From: Dehalococcoidia bacterium
GTDB lineage: Bacteria; Chloroflexota; Dehalococcoidia; Lucifugimonadales; G958296245
Assembly: GCA_965262055.1 (NCBI GenBank)
Contig: CBDHEI010000002.1
Location: forward strand, 3,220,347-3,284,346
Direction of reading: 5' to 3'
Length of the DNA stretch: 64,000 nucleotides
Below, piece after piece: positions 8,601 to 16,645 of this stretch (the first letter of the stretch is position 1; every line of letters starts with the position of its first letter). The notes beneath the pieces are model-generated. The model worked only from the letters and a program-made list of their open reading frames with translations, was not told the origin of the DNA and ran no database searches. Position numbers and translations under genes: made by a program.

Positions 8601-8694
8601 TCCGGCTCACCGCCTCCGCAGTGACCTTGGAAGCGCTGCTCCCCCGGCCGGGTGTACAATAAGGGCCAGCTTATGGACACGCCGGATACCGTAG
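8401..8694 (+). CDS. putative 97-aa leaderless ORF of cassette A
   Basis: ATG 6 nt after the -10 box; shares PQIGN-xxx-WN at identical codon positions with 59352..59870. Coding status unproven; overlaps the next gene by 22 nt. Confidence 0.3.
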   Translation: MDRLASTPLPRRSASSGAGELFHFRSKSVSNAPTRVSETLQSLPKNLKPQIGNGTKWNRTEHFSGAPPAHRLRSDLGSAAPPAGCTIRASLWTRRIP

Positions 8695-9698
8695 AGATAG
8701 GGTCTACCGGTCTTCGTCTGCCATGCATCGGGATAGGAAGCGCCCCCCTGGGCGGGCTCTACTACCACGTGGACGAAGATGAGGCCGTGCGCACCCTGCG
8801 TCGCGCCGTCGAGTTGGGCGCGAGCTACGTCGATACGGCGCCGCTCTACGGCCATGGCCGCAGCGAGCGCATCGTCGGGAAGGCGTTATCGGCGCTGCCC
8901 CGCAGCGACTTCCTCCTCTCCTCCAAGGTCGGGCGGATCCTGGAGCCGGTGACCGCGCCGCCAACCTCTGAACATTTCGTGGATCTGCCAGCCTTGGAGC
9001 CGATCTTCGACTACAGCCGCGACGGCGTGCTGAGGTCCCTGGAGGACAGCCTCGAACGCATGGGCCTCGACCGGGTCGACATCCTCTACGTCCACGACCC
9101 CGACGAAGGCCGCTCCGTATTCGACATCTTCTCAGGCCCGGACCACTACAGGCAGGTGATCGACGAGGCCCTGCCCACGTTGACCGAGCTGCGCTCCCAG
9201 GGCGTGATCGGGGCCGTGGGCGTCGGCATGAACGGCTGGCAGATGCTAACGCGCTTCGCCCACGACGGCGACTTCGACTGCTTCCTGCTGGCTGGCCGGT
9301 ACACGCTACTGGACCAGTCGGCCCTCCCGGAGCTGCTGCCGCTGTGCGAGAGCAAGAACATCAGCGTGGTCATTGGCGGCCCCTACAACAGCGGCATCCT
9401 CGCCTCGGACCTGTCGCCGGGCACGACATACTTCTACCAGGAGGCGGCGCCGGAGGTGCTGGAGAGGGCAATGAGCATCAAGTCGGTCTGCGACCGCTAC
9501 GGCGTGCCCCTGAAGGCCGCCGCGCTCCAGTTCTGCCTTGCCCACCCGGCGGTCGCCGCGGTCATTCCGGGCGCGCGTTCGGTCAGCGAGGCCGAGGAGA
9601 ACTGCGAGATGGCGCGCTTCCCGGTGCCCGCCGACCTGTGGGCGGAGCTGCGCCAGGCAGGTCTGATTCCGGCCGACGCGCCAGTGCCCACCGGGTAG
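8673..9698 (+). CDS. aldo/keto reductase, D-threo-aldose/L-fucose 1-dehydrogenase-like
   Basis: DTAPLYGHGRSE, LSSKVGR, SLEDSLERMGLDRVDILYVHDPD, GGPYNSGILA. Start taken at ATG 8673. Confidence 0.88.
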   Translation: MDTPDTVEIGSTGLRLPCIGIGSAPLGGLYYHVDEDEAVRTLRRAVELGASYVDTAPLYGHGRSERIVGKALSALPRSDFLLSSKVGRILEPVTAPPTSEHFVDLPALEPIFDYSRDGVLRSLEDSLERMGLDRVDILYVHDPDEGRSVFDIFSGPDHYRQVIDEALPTLTELRSQGVIGAVGVGMNGWQMLTRFAHDGDFDCFLLAGRYTLLDQSALPELLPLCESKNISVVIGGPYNSGILASDLSPGTTYFYQEAAPEVLERAMSIKSVCDRYGVPLKAAALQFCLAHPAVAAVIPGARSVSEAEENCEMARFPVPADLWAELRQAGLIPADAPVPTG

Positions 9699-9705
9699 GC
9701 TTGCC

Positions 9706-10041
9706 ATGAAGGCCTTCGCAATGACGCTGGCCTTGAAGAGCGGCCCGGGCGTGGTCGTTGAGTACACTAGGCAACATCGCGCCGTCTGGCCCGAGGTGCT
9801 GCAAGGCCTCCGCGGAATCGGCATCACGAAGATGAAGATATACCTCCACAACCGGAGGCTCTTTATGTACCTGGAGGCCGGTGACGACTTCGACCCCGCC
9901 CGGGACTTCCCGAGGTACATGGACGACCCGCGCGCCAAGGAATGGGACGAGCTGATGCGCGGGCTCCAGGAGCCCGTCTCCGGCGCGAAGCCCGGCGAGT
10001 GGTGGGCCGGGATGGAGGAGGTCTTCGATCTCGACTGGTAA
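9706..10041 (+). CDS. L-rhamnose/L-fucose mutarotase (RhaM/DUF718 type)
   Basis: EYTRQHRAVWPEVL, IYL, LFMYLE and W-x-x-MEEVFDL pattern. Confidence 0.85.
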   Translation: MKAFAMTLALKSGPGVVVEYTRQHRAVWPEVLQGLRGIGITKMKIYLHNRRLFMYLEAGDDFDPARDFPRYMDDPRAKEWDELMRGLQEPVSGAKPGEWWAGMEEVFDLDW

Positions 10042-10060
10042 GGGTAGGGGAGTATCTGCC

Positions 10061-10909
10061 ATGACAACGACGCCCGGCGACACGATCATAGACAGCCATC
10101 ACCACTTCTGGGACATGGCAGCGCTGGACTATACGTGGATGCCGCCCCCGCCCAGCGTGATCCGCCAAAACTACATGCCGAAAGACATGGCGCCGCTCCT
10201 GGAGGGCGTGGGCGTATCCAGGACGGTCCTCGTGCAGGCGCACCAGTCCATAGAAGAAGCGCACTGGATGCTGGACATCGTCGAGAGGACGGACTTCGTC
10301 GCCGGGGTAGTGGCGTGGGCTGACCTGACCAGCCCGGACCTCGGCAGGGACCTCGACTCGATATGTACCAGGCCGGGCCTCGTGGGCATCAGGCACCAGG
10401 TAGAGGAGGAGCCCGACGAGACGTGGCTGTCCAAGCCGGCGGTCATCGAAGGGCTGAAGGAGGTCGCCCGCCACGACCTAGCCTACGACCTGCTGGTCAA
10501 GGGGCCGCACATCAAGTACGTTCCCCAGCTTGCCGAGAAGGTGCCCGACCTGCGCATGGTCGTCGACCACATAGCCAAGCCACCCATCGCCGCGGGGGTG
10601 ACGGAGCCGTGGGCAACCGGCATCGCCGCTGTCGCCGACATACCTGGCGTCTACTGCAAGCTATCGGGACTGGTAACCGAGGCCGATCATGAGCGCTGGA
10701 CAGTCGCCGACCTGAAGCCCTACGTGGACCACGTAGTCGAGAAGTTCGGGTTCGACCGACTGATGTGGGGCAGCGACTGGCCCGTATGCCTGCTGGCCGC
10801 CAGCTACGACCGCGTATTCAGCGCGGCCATGGAGGCAGTGGGCGACCTCACCCCCGAGCAGCGCGCGGGTCTGCTCAGCAAGAACGCGACCGAGTTCTAC
10901 CGGCTATAG
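10061..10909 (+). CDS. amidohydrolase-2 family, L-fuconolactonase-like
   Basis: IDSHHHFWD, VVDHIAKP, CKLSGL, MWGSDWPV. Confidence 0.88.
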   Translation: MTTTPGDTIIDSHHHFWDMAALDYTWMPPPPSVIRQNYMPKDMAPLLEGVGVSRTVLVQAHQSIEEAHWMLDIVERTDFVAGVVAWADLTSPDLGRDLDSICTRPGLVGIRHQVEEEPDETWLSKPAVIEGLKEVARHDLAYDLLVKGPHIKYVPQLAEKVPDLRMVVDHIAKPPIAAGVTEPWATGIAAVADIPGVYCKLSGLVTEADHERWTVADLKPYVDHVVEKFGFDRLMWGSDWPVCLLAASYDRVFSAAMEAVGDLTPEQRAGLLSKNATEFYRL

Positions 10910-11815
10910 CGTCACCTTTTCAATGGGCCCGAAGACGTCCTCCAGGATCCTGCGGACCGTGGCGATGGTCTCCGGCGGGGCATCCGGCCAGGGAGGGCAT
11001 CTGCGGGCGGTCGGGTAGAGGCCACGCAGGTGGATGGCCCCCTTGATGGCGTGAAGCCAGTCGACCTGCAGGGCGCCTTCGAACCACGGGTCCTCGTAGC
11101 GGAAGACCATCTGCCAAGCGTCATCGTAGCGTCCGGACTCCAAGTGTTCGTAGAACTCTATGGCAATGTCGGGTCGGAAGGGCGCTATGCCGCACTGGAA
11201 GGCGGGAGAACCAACTTGGTACGCGTAGATCATGTAGCGCATCCGCCCGGCGCAAATGGTCGAGAAGTCCTCATCTGCAGTCGCGATCGTCAGGTCTAGG
11301 TATGCCTCCATGTCGTGGATCATCGCGCCAGCCACGTTGGAGCGCTTGGCCAGCTCGGCCCCCATGGAGACGGGCGGCGCCCCGTCCTCGAGCACCAGCG
11401 GGATGTCCGAGGCGCCTTCTATCCGGTCGAAGTAGCCTATGTACACGTCGGGCAGGTCGCGGATCGCCGGATCTACCTGTATCCTGACGGCGTCGGCTCC
11501 CACGCTGTCCGCATGGGCCAGGAACTCACGGCACTTGCTCGCCTTCCACCGGCCGGTCCCGGCTATGTACACGGCACGCCCGGCAGTGACCCCTGCGACT
11601 TCCGCGGTCAGTTGCCACACCTCCTCGTCGGAGAGGCTGGTAAACTCGCTGCTGCCCGTGGCCATCGAGATTACGGGCACGCCGTTATCGCACATCCAGT
11701 CGACGTACCTGACGACCGACGGGAAGTCCACGGAGCCGTCCTCATTGAAGCATGTGTTTAGCGGGACGACAGCTCCCCTGATTCTCTCTGCTACTTCCTT
11801 TGTCCTCTCTGACAT
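10904..11815 (-). CDS. DapA/NAL-family TIM-barrel protein lacking the canonical Schiff-base lysine
   Basis: PLNTCFNEDGSVDF, GSSEFTSLSDEE and DSVGADAV match the family; NVAGAM stands where NIVGIK is expected. Confidence 0.75.
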   Translation of the reverse strand: MSERTKEVAERIRGAVVPLNTCFNEDGSVDFPSVVRYVDWMCDNGVPVISMATGSSEFTSLSDEEVWQLTAEVAGVTAGRAVYIAGTGRWKASKCREFLAHADSVGADAVRIQVDPAIRDLPDVYIGYFDRIEGASDIPLVLEDGAPPVSMGAELAKRSNVAGAMIHDMEAYLDLTIATADEDFSTICAGRMRYMIYAYQVGSPAFQCGIAPFRPDIAIEFYEHLESGRYDDAWQMVFRYEDPWFEGALQVDWLHAIKGAIHLRGLYPTARRCPPWPDAPPETIATVRRILEDVFGPIEKVTL

Positions 11816-11837
11816 ATTGACTCCTCTGCGTCTATGG

Positions 11838-13337
11838 CTATTCCGATGACTTGGTCATGCCGTGGTAGTTTGGACCGTTCCACATGACCGGGTACGTGAA
11901 GCCGCTCACGTTGGACGTGGTCGCGACATTGAACGGGAATGTCAGCAGGAACACCGCAGATCCCTCCTCCAGGTACTGTCGCTGCAGCGCCTTGTAGATG
12001 CCGGCCCGCGCTTCCGGGTCGGACTCCGCGGCCGCCCGGTCGAAGCTCTCCCCGGCGCCGAAGTCGTAGCCGCTGTTGGCCTGGGTCCAGGTCATCTTCC
12101 TGCGGAGAACGTCGTCGGGGTCCGGGAACTGGGACGCGGACAGCGAGATGGTGATCCCGTTCAGGCTGCCCGCAGGAGCGTCGAAGTAGTCTGTCGAGGT
12201 CAGCTTCTGGAGCTTGGTGCCGATCCCGATGTTGAGAAGATCGGCCTGGACCTGCTTGGCAATTACGTCGGCGTCCACGCCTCCCCAGAAGCCCTCCCAG
12301 TAGGGAAATGTGAGCTCCAGGCCGCTGGGGAAGCCGGCTTCGGCCAGCAGCTTCCTGGCTTTTTCCGCGTCGTACTCGTAATGGCTGGCCAAGCCCTCGT
12401 CGTACCCGACCATTTCCGGCAGCACGCCCGCCTGGCATTTCTGCACAAGCTCGCTCCAGCCGCCATACATCATTGCGTAGGCGTCATAGTCCAGGGCGTA
12501 CTTGATAGCCTGAACGAAGCTCCGATTGTGCGTCAGCAGTTGGCCGTCCGGCCCCTTGGTTCCCGCGAGAACGGAGACGTGAGGACAGCCGAGCGATGGC
12601 TCGGCGTAACCAGCAAACCTGGGGTCTGCCGCAAGCTCTGCGAAGTCTTGAGGCGACAAGCCCAGCGCCATGTCGATACGCCCTTCTTCGAGTGCCCTAC
12701 GCTGCTCGGCCGGATCGGGGATGTCTTCCAGCACGATCTCTCCAAGGCTCGGACCGCCCTTCCGGTGGCCCGACACTCCCCTGAGCACCGCCCTTGCGTC
12801 GCTCATATCGGTGACCTCGAAGGGCCCGGAGCTCGCCGAGTGGAGCGACAGCCAGCGGTGACCCCAGTCGTTTCCCATGGGCACGGCTGGCATGTCGACC
12901 ACGGAGCCGATTGGGCTCGCCAACGCCAGCAAGAGAGTGGAAGACGGTCTGCTCAGAGTAACCTCAACAGTGCGGTCACCGGTCGCCCTGGTCTCCCTCA
13001 TGGGCAGGTAGCGGGCGGGCGCTTCGCCAACTTTGAGCACCCGCTCCAGCGAGGACGAGACGGCCTCCGCAGTCACAGGCCTCCCTGACGCAAACTTGGC
13101 GCCCTCTCGCAACGTGAATGTATAGACGAGGCCATCGTCCGATACTTCCCACGCCTCTGCCAGCGATGGCACAACCTTGAACCCACCCTCGTCATCCCGC
13201 ACCGTCTCGACCAGCCGCTCGTAGACGTTGCTGACTATGTGCCAGCCAACCGGAATGTAGGCCGACGCCGGCTCCACATACCGTGTGAGGGGTTCCATGA
13301 AGGGCATCGCAACTCTCAGCATACTATCTGTCTCCAT
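11838..13337 (-). CDS. family-5 (DppA/OppA-like) solute-binding fold protein with no visible signal peptide
   Basis: NVYERLV, PSLAEAWEVSDDGLVYTFTLREGAKFASGRPVTAEAV, GPFEV, EGRIDMA. Confidence 0.8.
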   Translation of the reverse strand: METDSMLRVAMPFMEPLTRYVEPASAYIPVGWHIVSNVYERLVETVRDDEGGFKVVPSLAEAWEVSDDGLVYTFTLREGAKFASGRPVTAEAVSSSLERVLKVGEAPARYLPMRETRATGDRTVEVTLSRPSSTLLLALASPIGSVVDMPAVPMGNDWGHRWLSLHSASSGPFEVTDMSDARAVLRGVSGHRKGGPSLGEIVLEDIPDPAEQRRALEEGRIDMALGLSPQDFAELAADPRFAGYAEPSLGCPHVSVLAGTKGPDGQLLTHNRSFVQAIKYALDYDAYAMMYGGWSELVQKCQAGVLPEMVGYDEGLASHYEYDAEKARKLLAEAGFPSGLELTFPYWEGFWGGVDADVIAKQVQADLLNIGIGTKLQKLTSTDYFDAPAGSLNGITISLSASQFPDPDDVLRRKMTWTQANSGYDFGAGESFDRAAAESDPEARAGIYKALQRQYLEEGSAVFLLTFPFNVATTSNVSGFTYPVMWNGPNYHGMTKSSE

Positions 13338-13361
13338 TCTCGAATCATCTATGGCTTGAGT

Positions 13362-15134
13362 CTAACCCGGCGTTCCGTAGGATAGGGCATAGTCATCTAT
13401 CTTGCGTATGGCCATCCTGGGCGTATCCAGGCTTGGTTTCGCTGCCGAGACCCAGCGTTCGAGCTCGTCACGGTGTCCGAGGCGGCGCAGGGCGCTCCAC
13501 GACTCCGTGTAGTCTCCGCGCCCCGGCTGGCAGTCCCAGAAGAAGAGGTGCTCGGCCCCGGCGCCATACAGCCCCGCCGCGCGTCTCCTGTACGTCTCGG
13601 CGGGTAGCTGGTGCGGAAGCATGCCAAAGGCCGCATTTGACGGCGTTCCCCTAGTCAGTTCCAGGAAGTAGTCGGCGTCCCGCGGGTCGTCCCACGAATC
13701 GGACGTGCTGTCCAGGAACACTGCAGAGGTGTAGGGGATTATGGTGTCGACGAGCCCTTCGTCGATCCACGCTTTCAGGTCCATGGCGTAGAGCATGTTC
13801 TCCTCGTGGTTTCGCAACACCACGGCTGAGAGCTCGAACCGGCGGCGCCCCTGTTGCTCCGCCTCGTCGTCCAGTGCCTGCCGCACCTCCCGATGGAACT
13901 GCGTCAGCGTCCTGGCGCGGTATGCGAGCCACCTGGGGTCGGCGTCGTCGAGCTTGCGTGGGTCCTTGCCGTACTCGGCCTGGAACCCCTCTACGAGAGG
14001 AGGCTCGTACTCGACCAGCGGAGGCCGCCGATTGTACAGCAGGCAGATGCCGTCCACATCGTAGCCCGCCACCTCGAGGAGCAGGTTGACGACGAACCGG
14101 CGCACCTCAGGGTATGCGTATGACAGGCGCGGGATGCGGTTGCCGTTCTTGTCCATGCCCCGTAGCTCCGGGTGCCGCGAGTAGAAGGAGTCGCCGTGGT
14201 CGAAGTGGTCGTGGTCGGGGGGAAAGCGGAAACCTGCGACGCGGTAGCTTGCGTGGAACTCCAGCCCCATGTCGTGTGCATGGTCGAGCGCGACCTGGAA
14301 GGGGTCTATTCCCTTGTCGCGCAGCACTTGCCAGCTCTCTCGGTGGAGGCGGTCTCCCAGGTCGAGGAAGTCGTCGAGGCCGTCGAAGGTGGGAATCCTT
14401 CCCGCCTTGCCCAGGTAGAACAGCAGGTCGCCCATCCCGCACTCGTAGTAGAGCCTCGAGAAGTCCGTGTCGCGGAACATCTCCAGGTGGCGGCGTATCT
14501 CCTCTTCGGTGGTGGGACGGTAGTCGTAGTGGTGGCCGTGAGCGTCGTTGTGGCCGAACAGCCGCCGGGTGCCGGCCCGCTGGCCGTCCGCCTGGAGGGC
14601 GGCGACCTCGGCGTCGGTGAGCGGAATGAGCTTTATGTAAGCAATTCGAGCGTGGGAGCCGAACACGGAGCCCGGCCCTTCACCCGAGCCAATCCGCGCC
14701 TTTAGTTGGGCAAAGACGATGTCCTGCCCGGTCAGGTCTGCTATCTTCCAGAAGAGTTCGCGGATCTGCTGCCGTTGCGGCCTCGCTCCCAACGGCACGC
14801 TGAGCAGGGAAAAGGTGTTGTCCCCGGAGAGCCTCGCGAGCCCTTCGACGCGATTTCCGACTTGGAATGCGGAATCTCCCTTCATCCCTATGGACACCGC
14901 GTGCCATCCCGAGACGTCTAACGGGTATGTGACCTCCGGCGCGTCCGTCTCGGTGTCCGCCCGCAGCATGACGCCGGACAGGGTGTCCGTTTCGTAGGTG
15001 TGCATACGCCAGTGGCGCGCCTTGGCGCCCGGGTAGAGGGCGCTGGCCGGCTGGCACCTGTCCAGATCGGTAAGGTAGGTCGGACTACCGGACAGCCACC
15101 GGTCGCCGAAGTAGTCGGTCGTCGTGTCAGTCAT
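13362..15134 (-). CDS. GHL10/DUF187-like glycoside-hydrolase-fold protein
   Basis: LSYAYPEVRRFVVNLLLEVAGYDVDGICL and MDLKAWIDEGLVD; GGAGG RBS before ATG 15134. Confidence 0.7.
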   Translation of the reverse strand: MTDTTTDYFGDRWLSGSPTYLTDLDRCQPASALYPGAKARHWRMHTYETDTLSGVMLRADTETDAPEVTYPLDVSGWHAVSIGMKGDSAFQVGNRVEGLARLSGDNTFSLLSVPLGARPQRQQIRELFWKIADLTGQDIVFAQLKARIGSGEGPGSVFGSHARIAYIKLIPLTDAEVAALQADGQRAGTRRLFGHNDAHGHHYDYRPTTEEEIRRHLEMFRDTDFSRLYYECGMGDLLFYLGKAGRIPTFDGLDDFLDLGDRLHRESWQVLRDKGIDPFQVALDHAHDMGLEFHASYRVAGFRFPPDHDHFDHGDSFYSRHPELRGMDKNGNRIPRLSYAYPEVRRFVVNLLLEVAGYDVDGICLLYNRRPPLVEYEPPLVEGFQAEYGKDPRKLDDADPRWLAYRARTLTQFHREVRQALDDEAEQQGRRRFELSAVVLRNHEENMLYAMDLKAWIDEGLVDTIIPYTSAVFLDSTSDSWDDPRDADYFLELTRGTPSNAAFGMLPHQLPAETYRRRAAGLYGAGAEHLFFWDCQPGRGDYTESWSALRRLGHRDELERWVSAAKPSLDTPRMAIRKIDDYALSYGTPG

Positions 15135-15261
15135 TCTCACCCTCCCTCTCCGTGGGCGCGTTGATTATAATGCCCTCCACCTCCTGTTGACCTACTGACC
15201 CGATGGAAATTCTCCGTAGAGTCCAATGGACAATCGGGTATTCTGAGGGACGGGTTGTGGG

Positions 15262-16227
15262 ATGTCTTTCTTCCGGCTGGGTGACGTAACTGTAACCGAG
15301 AGGGCTGCTGCAGCGCTGTCTGGCTCTGGCACCAGCGCCGAGCCGTTCCTGGCAAGGCATCAGGCAGGCGACTGGGGCGAGGTCGAGACTCGCGTTGCGC
15401 ATGCCAATCAGTTCGCCGTAGAGCGCGGCCACACGATCTATGCGATCACGTCCCGGTACGCCCTCGATTCGCGTTCCTGCCTCCTTGTCATGACCTCGCC
15501 GGACCAGTCCTCGACGCTCGTGCTGCTAGGGTACGAGATGGAGCTCCACGAGGTCGACATTGCGGAGGGGTACTCCAGGTGGGCCGAGTCCTACGACAGC
15601 GAGCTGAACCCGCTTATCGCGGTCGAGGGTCCTTTGGTGGAGAGCATCGTCCGGGACATGCCGATGCGGTCTGCGATAGACGTCGGCGCGGGTACGGGGC
15701 GCCACGCCCTGGCCCTTGCGGGCAGGGGAGTGGCCGTAATGGCGATCGATCCGTCCCCTGAGATGCTGGACATAGCGCGCCGGAAGGCTGCGAAGGCCGG
15801 GCTTGGTATAGATTTCCGTCGTGCGGCAATCGATGAAGGGCTCCCCGCGGAGGACGGCCGGTTCGATTTGCTGATATGCGCCCTGACACTCTCTCACGTC
15901 AGGGACTTCGACGAGGCTGTCCGCGAGTGCGCCCGAGTCGTGCGCCCGGGGGGAGCGATTCTAGTTACCGACATCCATCCGGACGTGGCCAACGGCCTTG
16001 GTTGGACAGTCACTCTGCGGAGACCGGGCGCGATATATAAGCTGGCACACCCCGGCCACACACGGTCGGACTACATAGATGCGATAGCGGGTGCCGGCTG
16101 CTCGGTCGCGAGACTCATCGAAGTCCCGGTGCGAGATGCGCCTGTGGGCACTATTGTCGAGTGGGCGCAGCAAGTGTACGCCGACAGGCAATACTGCCTT
16201 GTCGTCCTCGCGCGGAAGGGTTGCTGA
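15262..16227 (+). CDS. class I SAM-dependent methyltransferase with an N-terminal RH-x2-GDWG domain
   Basis: IDVGAGTGRH, IDPSPEML, FDLLICALTLSH; the first ~90 aa are a separate FRLG...RHQAGDWGEV...STLVLL module. Confidence 0.82.
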   Translation: MSFFRLGDVTVTERAAAALSGSGTSAEPFLARHQAGDWGEVETRVAHANQFAVERGHTIYAITSRYALDSRSCLLVMTSPDQSSTLVLLGYEMELHEVDIAEGYSRWAESYDSELNPLIAVEGPLVESIVRDMPMRSAIDVGAGTGRHALALAGRGVAVMAIDPSPEMLDIARRKAAKAGLGIDFRRAAIDEGLPAEDGRFDLLICALTLSHVRDFDEAVRECARVVRPGGAILVTDIHPDVANGLGWTVTLRRPGAIYKLAHPGHTRSDYIDAIAGAGCSVARLIEVPVRDAPVGTIVEWAQQVYADRQYCLVVLARKGC

Positions 16228-16254
16228 AGGCTAGCCGGTCCGCGGCGCCGAGCC

Positions 16255-16620
16255 CTACGGGATCAGCAAAGTTAGTTGGCGCGGACTCTCGTGAGGTGTG
16301 CGGTTGGCCTCATGGACCAGCGCCGCGTTGAAGGCCGGGTCATCGGGGTCGCCGCTGATAGCCACCACCTGGATGGCCTCCTCGGTCACGTCTGCGCCGT
16401 CCTCCACGAAGCCCCATTTACGTCTCAGGAGGGTGACGCGCCGGTGGAACGGGTTCTTCACCGCGCCGGTGAGCACACCCCGGATGTAGTCGGCCTGGGC
16501 TGTGCTCAGCTTGCCTGCCCAGCCCGGCTCCATGGTGTTCGCGGCGTAGTGGTCCCAAAGCTCCTGGTTGCCCTCGCGCTCCCAGAGAGGCCACCGTTTG
16601 AATTCAGTACTCTGCGGCAT
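16255..16620 (-). CDS. hypothetical protein
   Basis: 121-aa ORF filling the gap 25 nt behind the PIG-L gene; no family recognised. Confidence 0.5.
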   Translation of the reverse strand: MPQSTEFKRWPLWEREGNQELWDHYAANTMEPGWAGKLSTAQADYIRGVLTGAVKNPFHRRVTLLRRKWGFVEDGADVTEEAIQVVAISGDPDDPAFNAALVHEANRTPHESPRQLTLLIP

Positions 16621-16645
16621 TGCTTGCAGGCCCTGCACCCCGGTA

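Noticed and set aside
15164-15171. Palindromic ATTATAAT giving a -10 box on both strands between divergent genes
   Set aside because: There is no convincing -35 on either side, and the plus-strand gene is 90 bp away. It is probably just the minus-strand -10.
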